From Myxococcota bacterium (lineage in GTDB: Bacteria; Myxococcota_A; UBA796; SXON01), in assembly GCA_040386535.1 (NCBI GenBank), contig JAZKFH010000036.1, positions 1 through 52,670 on the forward strand: a stretch of 52,670 nucleotides of DNA, in the 5' to 3' direction. Positions 1-9,909 of the stretch are shown here, in pieces. Within the stretch, counting starts at the first letter, position 1, and each line of letters starts with the position of its first letter. The notes beneath the pieces are model-generated. The model was not told the origin of the DNA. It did no database searches and saw only the letters and a program-made list of their open reading frames with translations. The position numbers and the translations under genes were made by a program.

Positions 1-66
1 CCGATTTAGCGGCGTTGAGGGGGGCATGACCCCGCCCTCGATGCGCTCGTGCTCAAGCGCTGAGCG
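1..66. repeat. Dispersed repeat; second copy at 43853-43918
   Basis: 1-31 CCGATTTAGCGGCGTTGAGGGGGGCATGACC matches 43853-43883 at 30/31; weaker similarity (CCTCGA..CTCG..CT..GCTGAG) continues for about 35 bp. Confidence 0.85.
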
Positions 67-80
67 AGGTGCATAGGCAT

Positions 81-280
81 TGGCGCCTCATCCGGCGAGT
101 TCGGCGCGTCCCGCGCGCCGAACTCGGGGGATGGCGCACCATCCGGTCAGTTTGGCGCGTCCAGCGCGCCGAACTCGGGGGATGCCCACTCATCCGGTCA
201 GTTCGGCGCGTCCCGCGCGCCGAACTGGGGGGATGGCGCCTCACCCGTCGAGTTCGGCGCGTCCAGCGCGCCGAACTCGG
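81..280. repeat. Tandem array of about 4 x 51-bp units, each with a palindromic core (REP/BIME-like)
   Basis: Units start at 81, 132, 183, 234; core (G/C)AGTTYGGCGCG-TCC(C/A)G-CGCGCCGAACT(C/G), flanked by CATCC...GGATG in units 1-3. Confidence 0.9.
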
Positions 281-669
281 CGCCGTCACCGCCAGGGAGT
301 CGACCTGCACCTCTCCCCGGCCCAGCGGGCCTGGAGGGGCGCCGCCGCGGCGCGTCCGCGGCTCGGCGCGGACCGAGCGCGGAGCGCGAGCCCGGAAGGC
401 ACGCGGCGACGCGCGCCTCGCGCGGCGCGGGCCCCAGGCCTCGCATCTCCCACGCCGGCGCGTCAGGCGAAGCGCGGCGCGAGCTTCGTGTCGAGGGCGC
501 CCAGGAAGGCCTCCAGGCTCGGCGCGCGATTGCGGAGGGCCTTCACCGCGGCGGGCCGACGCAGTCCATCCGCCGCAGACTCATAGGCGCGGGGCTTTCG
601 TCTCGACGGGGTCGGCCACGGCCCCCTCCTAACCACCGGATCCCCCCACCGATGCTACTCTCCGACCGC

Positions 670-1353
670 ATGAGCCACATCCTCGTCGTCGACGACGACC
701 CCCACCTCCGCGAGGTCGTCCGCTACGCGCTCGCGCGCCAAGGACACCAGGTGCGCGAGGCCCAGAACGGCGTCGAGGCGCTCGCGATGCACGCGGCGTC
801 GCCCGCCGATCTCATCGTGCTCGACGTGGTGATGCCCGAGCTCGACGGCATCGACACGTGCCGTGAGCTGCGGAAGACCAGCCGCGTACCGGTGGTGTTC
901 CTCTCGTCGCGCGACGAGGAGCTCGACCGGGTGCTCGGGCTCGAGCTCGGCGGGGATGACTACCTCACCAAGCCGTTCTCGACGCGGGAGCTGGTGGCGC
1001 GTATCAAGGCGGTGTTGCGTCGGGCGACGCTGGAGCCGGTGCCCGCGGACAAGCCGCGCGTGCTCACGGTGAACAAGCTGCGGCTCGACCTGGACGAGCA
1101 CCGTGCGTGGGGCGGCGACCACGAGGTGGTGCTCACCGTGACGGAATTCAGCCTGTTACGCGTGCTGATGGGGCGGCCGGGCAAGGTCTACACGCGCGAC
1201 GAGCTCGTGGAGCACGCGTACGGCGACCACCACCACGTCTCCGAGCGCACGCTCGACTCGCACGTGCGACGCATCCGCCAGAAGTTCCGCGACATCGAGC
1301 TCGACCCGGTCGAGACCGTGCACGGCCTCGGCTACCGTCTGCGCCAGGGCTGA
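670..1353 (+). CDS. OmpR/PhoB-family two-component response regulator
   Basis: Receiver motifs ILVVDDD, LDVVMP, GGDDYLTKPF plus winged-helix C-terminus (TLDSHVRRIRQK, ETVHGLGY); ATG 670 preferred over 652. Confidence 0.95.
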   Translation: MSHILVVDDDPHLREVVRYALARQGHQVREAQNGVEALAMHAASPADLIVLDVVMPELDGIDTCRELRKTSRVPVVFLSSRDEELDRVLGLELGGDDYLTKPFSTRELVARIKAVLRRATLEPVPADKPRVLTVNKLRLDLDEHRAWGGDHEVVLTVTEFSLLRVLMGRPGKVYTRDELVEHAYGDHHHVSERTLDSHVRRIRQKFRDIELDPVETVHGLGYRLRQG

Positions 1354-1356
1354 CCC

Positions 1357-2802
1357 ATGTTTCGAGGCAAGGTCGGCCGGCTCACGCTGTCGCTGCGGAC
1401 GTGGCTCGTGCTGTCACACCTCGTGGTGTTCACGCTCCCGGTGCTGGCGCTCGTCGGCACGGGCGCGCTCGCGAGTGACCTGCGCACGCAGACGCGGGAG
1501 GACCTCGAACACCAGGCCGCGCTGCTCGCCCACCACATCGAGTATCGCCTCGCGAACAGCACGAAGCCGCTCGGCGAGCTGGGGCTCGACACGACGCTGA
1601 TACACGCGAAAGAGTCGACGCTGGCTGGCTTCCGGGTGACTGATACATCGGGACGGATCGTCGCGTCGAGCGGCGACGACAAGGGCGAGGACATCTCGGG
1701 CGACCCGGAGGTGGCCACCGCGCTCTCAGGCAGCAACGGCCTCGCGATCAAGGAGCGGGCGCGCGTGCGGACCTCGCGGGAGTCGCTGGCCGGCCAGAGT
1801 CGGCACGCCAGTGTGCGCGTATTCGTCGCGCGGCCCGTGCACGAGAAGGGCGCGGTGGTGGGCGCCGTGGTGTTGTCGCGCACGCCCCGGGAAGAGGTGC
1901 AGGCCTTCTATCAGATGGCGCCGCGGCTCTCGGTGGGGGCGATCCTCGCGCTGGCGGGCACGGTGGGGCTCGCTTTTGGCGCCGGACGCATCTTGTCGCG
2001 CTCGCTCCGTTCGCTCGCCGAGGCCTCCCACGGCATCGCCACGGGGTCGGAGACCGCGCTGGTGGCGTTGGAGCCCGCGAGCCGCTCGCACGTGGCCGAG
2101 GCCCGCGCGCTGGCCGCCGCGATGGGGACGATGAGCGCGCGCCTGCGCCAACGCCTGCGATACATCTCGGAGTTCGCGGGCAATGTATCACACGAGTTCA
2201 AGACGCCCGTGAGCTCGCTCCGCGGTACGATCGAGCTGTTGCGCGATGACGACGAGATGCCGGCCGAGCAGCGCGCGCGCTTCCTCGAGAACGCGCTGGC
2301 CGACCTCGACCGCCTGTCCCGCCTCGTGGGGGGGCTCCTGCGCCTGGCCCGCGCCGAAGAGGGCGGCGCCCGCTCGATCTTCGGGCTCGACGACGTGTTG
2401 CGGGAGCTGGTGACCCGACACCCCGCGGTGGTTCACACCGCCACCACGCCCCCGGGCGCCACGCGCGTGGACGCCAACCGCGAACAGATCGAGAGCGCGC
2501 TGACCAACCTCGTCGAGAACGCCTTGCGTCACGGCGGGCCCGACGTGCAGGTGCGGGTCGAGAGCTACGCCGAGGGCGCCTGGACCGGCGTGGACGTTGT
2601 CGACGACGGGCCCGGGATCTCCGCCGCCAACCTCAAGCGTGTGTTCGACCGCTTCTTCACCACCGACCGCGCGAAGGGCGGCACGGGGCTCGGCCTCGCG
2701 CTCGTGCGCGCCGTCGCGGAGGCCCACGGAGGCCGCATCGACGTGGAGAGCGCTCCGGGGCGCACGCGGTTCCGCTTCGTGCTGCCACGGCTGGGCGCCT
2801 GA
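1357..2802 (+). CDS. Membrane sensor histidine kinase (CreC-like; Cache-like sensor, HAMP, HisKA, HATPase)
   Basis: Two TM segments, H-box SHEFKTP, N-box NLVENA, DDGPGI, F-box FDRFF, GTGLGL; directly follows the regulator. Confidence 0.95.
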   Translation: MFRGKVGRLTLSLRTWLVLSHLVVFTLPVLALVGTGALASDLRTQTREDLEHQAALLAHHIEYRLANSTKPLGELGLDTTLIHAKESTLAGFRVTDTSGRIVASSGDDKGEDISGDPEVATALSGSNGLAIKERARVRTSRESLAGQSRHASVRVFVARPVHEKGAVVGAVVLSRTPREEVQAFYQMAPRLSVGAILALAGTVGLAFGAGRILSRSLRSLAEASHGIATGSETALVALEPASRSHVAEARALAAAMGTMSARLRQRLRYISEFAGNVSHEFKTPVSSLRGTIELLRDDDEMPAEQRARFLENALADLDRLSRLVGGLLRLARAEEGGARSIFGLDDVLRELVTRHPAVVHTATTPPGATRVDANREQIESALTNLVENALRHGGPDVQVRVESYAEGAWTGVDVVDDGPGISAANLKRVFDRFFTTDRAKGGTGLGLALVRAVAEAHGGRIDVESAPGRTRFRFVLPRLGA

Positions 2803-2867
2803 CCGCCCCTGCGATTGGCAGGCCTCGGAGAGCGGCGGAGACGCGGGCACGAGGCTAGAACGCGCGG

Positions 2868-3122
2868 ATGCCGAGACCGTTCTTCCCGCACACCCTGAAC
2901 GACATCTCCCACGCGGTCGACGGCGCGCTGGGCCTCATCGTCGCCGACATGCCCGACGGGTCGCTCTGGGTGCTCAAGCGCAACCGCAAGGAGCCCGGCT
3001 ACGTGCTCACGCAGTACGCCGACACCCAGCGTTCCAGCGTCGTGAGCACGCGCACGCTGCTCGAGCGCCGGGAGGCCATCAACGCGATGGCCGCGGCGAT
3101 CGGGATGGGCGAGTCGCTCTGA
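2868..3122 (+). CDS. Small hypothetical protein (84 aa)
   Basis: High GC3 codon usage, normal amino-acid composition. Confidence 0.7.
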   Translation: MPRPFFPHTLNDISHAVDGALGLIVADMPDGSLWVLKRNRKEPGYVLTQYADTQRSSVVSTRTLLERREAINAMAAAIGMGESL

Positions 3123-3351
3123 TCGCATCGCCTGCGGAACGAAAGAAGGGGAACCGGTGGACGGCAACCACCTGAGAATCAGATGGCCTCCCTCCGGCAC
3201 ATGATTTTGGATCGCGCCGCCGTCCAGAACCGGTCTCCTGTTTCCCTACACGCATGACGCGGCGGAACGGTGCCATCTCCCGCGGGAGCAGCTCCGCGCG
3301 CGCCCCCCGCCCTCCTCCCAGCGGCTCCGCCCGCAAAGTTATAGGACCCGC

Positions 3352-5397
3352 ATGAACGAGATCGATCACCCCGTGGTGCGCGAGGAGCAGGCCCTGCTCG
3401 ATGACGTGTCCGAGCGGCTCGGGCGCCCGCCCCCCACCGAAGGCGCCACCGAGGACGACATCATCGCCGAGCTGCGTCGCATCCAGGACGACATCCGCAC
3501 CGCCAAGACCGAGGACAAGGCCGCGCTGGAGCAGCAATACGAGCGCCAGTGCCGCCTGCTCGACCAGCTGCGCCGCGGGAAGCAGCTCGACGGGGTCGAC
3601 CCCGAGAGCCCCTACTTCGCCCACCTCGGCACCGAGCACGAGGGCCGGCGGTCGGATGTGTTGCTCGGCCGCGCCACCTCGCTGGAGAACGGCCTGCGCA
3701 TCGTCGACTGGCGGCACGCCCCGGTCGCGAAGGTCTACTACCGCTACCAGGAAGGCGACGAGTACGAGGAGGACATCGGCCCGCGCACGATCTCCGGGAA
3801 GGTGGTGGCCCGGCGCGCCGTGACCATCAACCACGCGCGGATCGACCGCATCGTCTCGCCCGCGGGCACGTTCCTGCGGGAGAACGACGCGTGGGTGCAG
3901 AGCAGCACCCTGGCGCCGCGATTGGTCACCGGCGTGTCCGGCCCGGTCGCGACGGCGCCGCGCGACCAGCGGCTCGGCTCCGGCAAGGTGAGCCGCGCCG
4001 ACAAGCACCTGCCCGACATCGCGGCGCTGATCGACGCCGAGCAGTTCGAGCTCATTGCGCGGCCCGACAGCGGCCCGGTGGTGATCCGCGGCGGCGCCGG
4101 CTCCGGCAAGACCACCGTGGCGCTCCACCGCATCGCCTACCTCGCGTTCGCGAACCCCCAGCGGTTCGCCCCCCACAAGATACTCGTGATGGTGTGGGGC
4201 AAGGCGCTGCGGGACTACGTGTCCAAGGTGTTGCCGAACCTGGGCGTCTACAACGTCAGCGTCGCGACGTGGTCCGACTTCTCCCGCCGGCTGGTGGAGC
4301 GACACTTTCCGTACCTGCCCGGCCACAAGAACGCGAACACGCCCTCGATCGTGTCACGCATCAAGCTCCACCCCAAGTTCCCGATGCTGCTCGAGCGCAT
4401 CGTGAAGGAGCGCAAGGCCCCGGCCACGGGCGAGAGCGCGTTCCAGGATTGGCGCCTGCTCATCTCCGACTCCAGCTACATGGCCGAGCTGGGCGACTTC
4501 ACCACCAACGAGATCGATCAGGCGATGAGCTGGGCCCGCTCCCAGCTCGATCACCTGGCCCGCCACCGCGAGGAGCGCGACAAGACCGCGGAGCCCTGGC
4601 TCGACGAGGAGGACGACGCGATCCTGCTGCGCGCCTGGCAGCTGCGCGTCGGGGAGCTGCGCGCCCGCGGCGGCGGCACCCTCCGCTACAGCCACGTGAT
4701 GATGGACGAGGTGCAGGACTTCAGCGCGATGGAGGTCGCCGTGATGCTCGGCGCATGCGACGCCAAGCGATGTATCACCCTTGCCGGTGACACCCAGCAA
4801 CACATCCAGGAGCAGGGCGGCAGTGAGGGCTGGAGCAGCCTGCTCGAGAGCCTGCACATCGAGGCCACCGCGCTCTCCACGTTGAAGGTGTCGTATCGCT
4901 CGACCCGGCAGGTCTCCACCTTCGCCCGGAGCCTGCTCGGCGCGCTCGCGGAGGACGAGGGGCCGCCGCTGACCGCGCGGGACGGCGCCGCGGTCGAGCT
5001 GTTCCCCTTCCCCGAACACGGCGCATGTGTCAGCTTCCTCGGCGAGGCGCTGCGCGATCTACTGCGCGCCGAGCCGCTCGCGTCCGTGGCGGTCGTCACC
5101 CCCGACGAGCCGACCTCTCGGATGTATCACGAGGGCTTCGAGCGGATGGACGTGCCGATGGCGCGCCTCGTGGTCGACCAGACCTTCGCCTTCGCGCCCG
5201 GCATCGACGTGGTGGACGTGCGGCAGGTCAAGGGCCTCGAGTTCGACTACGTCGTCATCGTGGGCGCCTCCGCCTCCTCGTACCCGGACCGTCCCAACTC
5301 CCGCCGCCTGCTGCACGTGGCCGCCACGCGCGCGATCCACCAGCTGTGGGTCACCTGGGTCGGCACGCCGAGCCCGCTCCTCGGGAGCATCGGATGA
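3352..5397 (+). CDS. SF1 UvrD-like helicase/ATPase, HelD-like (RNA polymerase recycling motor family)
   Basis: N-terminal SPYFAH and IVDWRHAP motifs typical of HelD; Walker A GGAGSGKT, DEVQD, GDTQQ, SYRST, VKGLEFD, LHVAATRA. Confidence 0.85.
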   Translation: MNEIDHPVVREEQALLDDVSERLGRPPPTEGATEDDIIAELRRIQDDIRTAKTEDKAALEQQYERQCRLLDQLRRGKQLDGVDPESPYFAHLGTEHEGRRSDVLLGRATSLENGLRIVDWRHAPVAKVYYRYQEGDEYEEDIGPRTISGKVVARRAVTINHARIDRIVSPAGTFLRENDAWVQSSTLAPRLVTGVSGPVATAPRDQRLGSGKVSRADKHLPDIAALIDAEQFELIARPDSGPVVIRGGAGSGKTTVALHRIAYLAFANPQRFAPHKILVMVWGKALRDYVSKVLPNLGVYNVSVATWSDFSRRLVERHFPYLPGHKNANTPSIVSRIKLHPKFPMLLERIVKERKAPATGESAFQDWRLLISDSSYMAELGDFTTNEIDQAMSWARSQLDHLARHREERDKTAEPWLDEEDDAILLRAWQLRVGELRARGGGTLRYSHVMMDEVQDFSAMEVAVMLGACDAKRCITLAGDTQQHIQEQGGSEGWSSLLESLHIEATALSTLKVSYRSTRQVSTFARSLLGALAEDEGPPLTARDGAAVELFPFPEHGACVSFLGEALRDLLRAEPLASVAVVTPDEPTSRMYHEGFERMDVPMARLVVDQTFAFAPGIDVVDVRQVKGLEFDYVVIVGASASSYPDRPNSRRLLHVAATRAIHQLWVTWVGTPSPLLGSIG

Positions 5398-6326
5398 CCC
5401 CCGCCGTGTTGGCCCGGCTGCGCGACGGAGGCGCGGACCGCCTCGCGGATCTGCTGCTGGACGAGGTGCTCGACCGCCCCCTCTCCGAGCTCGTGGACGC
5501 GAAGTGGATGGCCGATCGCCTGGTCGTGTCGCTCCGGAGCGCCGCCGCCGATCCGCGCGTGGAGTCCTGGCTCCGCGAGCGCGTGAACGACGTGCGGGCG
5601 CGCGTCCCCGAAGGGGTGCCCCAGGTGCCCCTCGCGATCCGCACGCCGCTCGGCGAGCTCCTCGCGCGGCCCTACGTGCCCGACCGCGCCATGGTCGGGC
5701 AGCTGCTCGACCATCCCACCGCGCAGCTCCTGCTGAAGGGCCTCTTCCAGGACCTGCTGATCGCCTTCGCGCGGCGCCTCAAGCCGATCACGCCGAAGGG
5801 CGGCCTGCCGAGCTTCGGGCGGCTCAGCCGCCTGGGCGAGGGCATGCTCGGCGCGGTGGGGCACGAGATCGAGCAGCAGATCGAGCACAAGGCCTGGGAG
5901 TTCACCGACCAGGCCGTGCAGAAGCTGGTCGACAAGATGGCCGACCACCTGTGCAACCCCGACCTCATCACCGAGTACGGCGCCTGGCGTGCGCACGGCC
6001 TCGACGTGTTGTGCGGCACCGACATGCGCGTGCTCGCGGGGGAGGTCGAGAAGCTCGACCCCGAGGCCCTCATCGCCACCGGCGCCGCGCTCGTGCGGGG
6101 GATCGCCGGGCGGGACGAGCTCACCGGGGAGGTCGAGGCGGTGCTGGTGGCCGCCATGGAGGGTGCCGGCACGAAGTCGGCGCGCGAGATGCTCGGGGGC
6201 GTCGAGGAGCACGGGCTGCAGCTCGTGCGGGATCTCCTCCGGCAGCGCGCCCGCGCCGTCATCGAGACCGACGCCTTCGCGCGCTGGTTCGAAGAGGTGA
6301 TCGACGGGCCCGGCGCCGCCTCGTGA
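5394..6326 (+). CDS. Hypothetical alpha-helical protein (310 aa)
   Basis: ATGA overlap with the helicase stop; coding-like codon bias from MTPAVLARL onward. Confidence 0.8.
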   Translation: MTPAVLARLRDGGADRLADLLLDEVLDRPLSELVDAKWMADRLVVSLRSAAADPRVESWLRERVNDVRARVPEGVPQVPLAIRTPLGELLARPYVPDRAMVGQLLDHPTAQLLLKGLFQDLLIAFARRLKPITPKGGLPSFGRLSRLGEGMLGAVGHEIEQQIEHKAWEFTDQAVQKLVDKMADHLCNPDLITEYGAWRAHGLDVLCGTDMRVLAGEVEKLDPEALIATGAALVRGIAGRDELTGEVEAVLVAAMEGAGTKSAREMLGGVEEHGLQLVRDLLRQRARAVIETDAFARWFEEVIDGPGAAS

Positions 6327-7453
6327 CACACGGCCGGTGTGTCGCCCTTCTCGCGTGTATCGCCGGATGTATCGCCCCCCCGCCGCCGCCCGCGCGCCCG
6401 CCCGATGCTTGTGTCATCCTCCAGGCGCCCGTGTCGGGGCCGATGGCGACCGAGCGCACCGCCGCGGGAGACGCTCCGCTCGCCCTCGCGAACCTGTTCG
6501 TGCGGGAGGCCCGGCTCACCGGCGATGCGGGGTTCTACACGCTGGCGGACACCGCGCTGACCTGCGCCTTGTCCCGCTCACCCGACGATCGGGAGGCGGA
6601 GCGCCTGCGCGCCCACGTGTGGATCCAGTTCCACCGCTTTGCCGAGGTGGAGGTGCTCGCGCAGCGCCTCGCCGCCGCGGAGGGCGCCGGCTGGTTCGAC
6701 CACGCGCTCCTGGGCGACGCGCACATGGAGCAGGGGGAGCTCGACGCCGCCGGGGAGGCCTACCAGCGCGCGGTCGATCTGCGGCCGAGCCTCGAGGTGT
6801 ACGACCGCATCGGGTGGCTGCGCTGGTCGTGGGGTGATGTCGACGGCGCGGTGGCGATGCAGGAGATGGCGGTCTCCGCGGGCTCGCCGCTCGATCCCGA
6901 ACCCTACGCCTGGGTGCTGACGCGGCTCGGCTGGCTGCACGCGCTCCGCGGCCAACCCGCGCCCGAGCTCGATGCGGCGCTCGCGCTGCTCCCCGACTAC
7001 AAGCCGGCCCGCTTCGCGCGCGGCCGCGTGCGGCTCCACGAGGGCCACCCGGGCGCCGCGGACGATCTGCGGGCCGTCGGCGCCACGGTCGAGGCGGTCT
7101 GGGCGCTCTCGGAGCTCGACCCGAGCGTGTCGATCGAGGCCGTAAAGGCCCAGGACCCGCGTGGCTACGCGATCTGGCTCACCCCGCGGGACCCCGCTGC
7201 GGCGTTGGTGATCCTGGACGACGAGTGGAAGGTGCGTCAGGACGCGACGACGCGGATGGCGCGGGCGTGGGCCGCGCAACGGGCCGGTGACACATCGCGC
7301 GATGTATCAGCGGAGGCGCGCGCCGCGTTGGCCACCGGAATCGTGGAGCCACGCGTGTTGTGGATGGGCGCGCAGATCCTCGGAGACGATACGCTCCGGC
7401 AACGGGCGCTCGCGATGGGTCCCGGTCTGTTGCCCTCGGAGCGGCGCCCGTGA
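6323..7453 (+). CDS. TPR-repeat protein, probable lipoprotein
   Basis: GTGA overlap with upstream stop; LLACIAGC lipobox-like N-terminus; TPR-like helices (LLGDAHMEQGELDAAGEAYQRAVDLRP). Confidence 0.8.
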   Translation: MTHGRCVALLACIAGCIAPPPPPARPPDACVILQAPVSGPMATERTAAGDAPLALANLFVREARLTGDAGFYTLADTALTCALSRSPDDREAERLRAHVWIQFHRFAEVEVLAQRLAAAEGAGWFDHALLGDAHMEQGELDAAGEAYQRAVDLRPSLEVYDRIGWLRWSWGDVDGAVAMQEMAVSAGSPLDPEPYAWVLTRLGWLHALRGQPAPELDAALALLPDYKPARFARGRVRLHEGHPGAADDLRAVGATVEAVWALSELDPSVSIEAVKAQDPRGYAIWLTPRDPAAALVILDDEWKVRQDATTRMARAWAAQRAGDTSRDVSAEARAALATGIVEPRVLWMGAQILGDDTLRQRALAMGPGLLPSERRP

Positions 7454-8418
7454 ACCTCTGGATCGTGTCCGCCGCGTGGGCCCACCGCCCCGGCCTCTCC
7501 TACGCCCGGCTCGACACCGACCACGTCGCGCTCACCTTCGCCCAGCCCGAGCTGGCGACGCTCGTGCCGCTCGGGGAGGACCTCGACGCCTCGCGGGTCG
7601 TCGTCGCGCAGGTGACGCTCGACGTCGCCACCTTCACCGTGGGCGGTGAGCCGTGCGAGCTCGGCGACGCGACGCTCCGCCGGGTGGAGGAGGACGGCGT
7701 GGAGATCGCCGCGCCGATCAGCTGCCCGCCGGGCCCGGTCACCTACACCGCGGGCTTTCTGCCGCAGCTCGCGGTGGGCCATCGCCACTACGTCGAGGCG
7801 ATGGGGCAGCCCGTGGCGGTGCTCGATGTCGGCACGCCGAACGTGGCGTACACCGGTGCATCCGATCCGGGCGACGTGGCCGCGCAGTTCCTGAAGCTCG
7901 GCGTCGAGCACATCTGGACCGGCTACGACCACCTGCTGTTCCTGCTCGGGCTGCTCCTCGCGGCGTCCTCGCTCCGGTCGATGTTGTTCATCGTCACCGG
8001 GTTCACCATCGCCCACTCGATCACGCTCTCGGCGGCCGCGCTCGGGCTCGTGTCGCTCCCGTCCTCCCTGGTCGAGCCGGCGATCGCCGCGTCGATCGCC
8101 TACGTCGGCATCGAGAACTTCTGGAAGCCCGCGCCGAAGCGCCGCGTGGCCGTCACCTTCCTGCTCGGCCTCGTCCACGGCTTCGGTTTTGCCGGCATGC
8201 TCGCGGAGCTCGGTCTGCCGCGGGACGCGCTCGCCATCGCGCTCCTCTGCTTCAACGGGGGCGTCGAGCTCGGGCAGGCCGCGGTCGTAGCCGTCGCGTT
8301 GCCGCTGCTCCTGGCGATGCGCCGCTGGCCCTGGTGGGAGGCGCGCGCGGTGCCCGTGGCGTCGGTCGGAGTGACGCTGGCCGGCGTGTATTGGTTGGTG
8401 GAGCGGCTCACCGCGTAG
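7450..8418 (+). CDS. HupE/UreJ family membrane protein (putative Ni/Co permease)
   Basis: GVEHIWTGYDHLLFL, FTIAHSITL, GLVHGFGFA, FNGGVELGQ motifs; AWAH N-terminus; GTGA overlap. Confidence 0.9.
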   Translation: MNLWIVSAAWAHRPGLSYARLDTDHVALTFAQPELATLVPLGEDLDASRVVVAQVTLDVATFTVGGEPCELGDATLRRVEEDGVEIAAPISCPPGPVTYTAGFLPQLAVGHRHYVEAMGQPVAVLDVGTPNVAYTGASDPGDVAAQFLKLGVEHIWTGYDHLLFLLGLLLAASSLRSMLFIVTGFTIAHSITLSAAALGLVSLPSSLVEPAIAASIAYVGIENFWKPAPKRRVAVTFLLGLVHGFGFAGMLAELGLPRDALAIALLCFNGGVELGQAAVVAVALPLLLAMRRWPWWEARAVPVASVGVTLAGVYWLVERLTA

Positions 8419-8519
8419 CGCCCTCCACGCCCGGCCGGCGGTGAGCAGAATAGAGGTTTGCCCTCTCTTCGGCCCGCCTCCCCGACGACCGCGGCTCCGC
8501 TCCGTGACGCGGAGCGGCG

Positions 8520-9809
8520 ATGATCACGGCGCTCTGGTACGCCGTGGCGGGCGTGCTCCTCGTGGGGGTGGCCCTCGCGAGCTCGAGCATCGCGCGGCTC
8601 CCCGTCACCACGGCGCTGATCTACCTGTGTATCGGGTTGGTGCTCGGCCCCGAGGTCACCGGGCTCCTCCGGATCGACGCCCTCGCGGACGCCCCCCTGC
8701 TGGAGCGCCTGAGCGAGATCGCCGTGATCGTCTCGTTGTTCGGCGCGGGCCTGAAGCTGCGCGTCCCGACCTGGGACGAGCGCTGGAACGTGGCCCTGCG
8801 ACTGGCGTTCGTGTCGATGACGATCACGGTCGGCCTCATCACCCTCGTGGGGGTGGTCGGGCTCGGGCTGCCCCTGGGCGGCGCCGTACTCCTCGGCGCC
8901 ATTCTCGCGCCGACCGATCCCGTCCTCGCCTCGGACGTGCAGGTCGGCGACCCCTTCGACCGTGACCGGCTGCGCTTCAGCCTCACCGGCGAGGCCGGCC
9001 TGAACGACGGCACGGCCTTTCCGTTCGTCATGCTCGGCCTCGGGCTGCTCGGCCTGCACGACCTCGGCGAGGGCTATTGGCGCTGGCTGACCATCGATGT
9101 CGCCTGGGCCGTGACCGGCGGCCTGCTCGTCGGCACCGCGCTCGGGACCCTCATCGGGCGGCTCGTCCTCTACCTTAGGCGCACGCACCACGAGGCGCTG
9201 GGCACCGACGACTTCATCGCCATGGGCCTCATCGCCCTCGCGTACGGCGTCGCGCTGCTGTGTCACACCTACGGCTTTCTCGCGGTGTTCACCGCGGGGC
9301 TCGCGCTCCGCCGCGTCGAGATGCACAACCCGCGCCCGTCCGGCACGGCGGCGTGGCGCGCGGCCCCCGGCGATCACGAGAGCGCGGCGCACCCCCACCA
9401 CGCCCCCGCCTACCTCGCCGAGGCGGTGCGTCGGGTGACCGAGATCCTGGAGCGCGGTGGGGAGATCGTGCTGGTGCTCCTCGTGGGCGCCCTGCTCTCC
9501 CCCGCGACCGTGTCGCTCGAGGCGGCCGGCTTCGCCGCGCTTCTGCTCCTCGTGCTCCGTCCCATCGCGGTGACGCTCGGGCTGGTCGGTCGAACCGTAC
9601 CCGCCCATGCGCGGCGGCTCATGGCGTGGTTCGGCATCCGCGGCATCGGCTCGGTGTACTACCTCGCGTACGCCATCGGACAGGGGGTGCCGGAGGGGCT
9701 CGCGCGCCAGCTCATCACGCTGGTCCTCACCACGATCGCGCTCTCCACGCTCGTGCACGGGACGTCGGTCACCACGTTGATGGCGCGGTACGAGCGGCGA
9801 ACCCGCTGA
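8520..9809 (+). CDS. Cation:proton antiporter (CPA1/NhaP-like)
   Basis: ILAPTDPVLA, GEAGLNDG, WFGIRGIGS motifs; many TM helices. Confidence 0.92.
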   Translation: MITALWYAVAGVLLVGVALASSSIARLPVTTALIYLCIGLVLGPEVTGLLRIDALADAPLLERLSEIAVIVSLFGAGLKLRVPTWDERWNVALRLAFVSMTITVGLITLVGVVGLGLPLGGAVLLGAILAPTDPVLASDVQVGDPFDRDRLRFSLTGEAGLNDGTAFPFVMLGLGLLGLHDLGEGYWRWLTIDVAWAVTGGLLVGTALGTLIGRLVLYLRRTHHEALGTDDFIAMGLIALAYGVALLCHTYGFLAVFTAGLALRRVEMHNPRPSGTAAWRAAPGDHESAAHPHHAPAYLAEAVRRVTEILERGGEIVLVLLVGALLSPATVSLEAAGFAALLLLVLRPIAVTLGLVGRTVPAHARRLMAWFGIRGIGSVYYLAYAIGQGVPEGLARQLITLVLTTIALSTLVHGTSVTTLMARYERRTR

Positions 9810-9909
9810 TACACCTCGGCTCCCAAAACGCAGAACGGGGAGCCCGCCCCGATTTCTCGGGAGGCCCCCCGCCCCTCACGCGCCCGACCCTACGGCCGGG
9901 ACGGCGTGG

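Noticed and set aside
5..17. KorB operator or integron attC site (TTTAGCGGCGTTG)
   Set aside because: Only 9/13 match to TTTAGCSGCTAAA; no RYYYAAC/GTTRRRY pair and no integrase.
81..280. CRISPR array
   Set aside because: Inter-palindrome segments are near-identical rather than unique spacers; no cas genes in the window.
69..632. ORFs with 17-aa repeats (69..632, 80..586, 53..310)
   Set aside because: By-products of the 51-bp repeat; Arg/Pro-rich with no coding-like codon bias.
3130..3350. Cobalamin riboswitch or rifamycin-associated element upstream of the helicase
   Set aside because: AGGGGAACCGGTG is not followed by the conserved AATCC or B12-box elements; no RAE-like 19-bp palindrome found.
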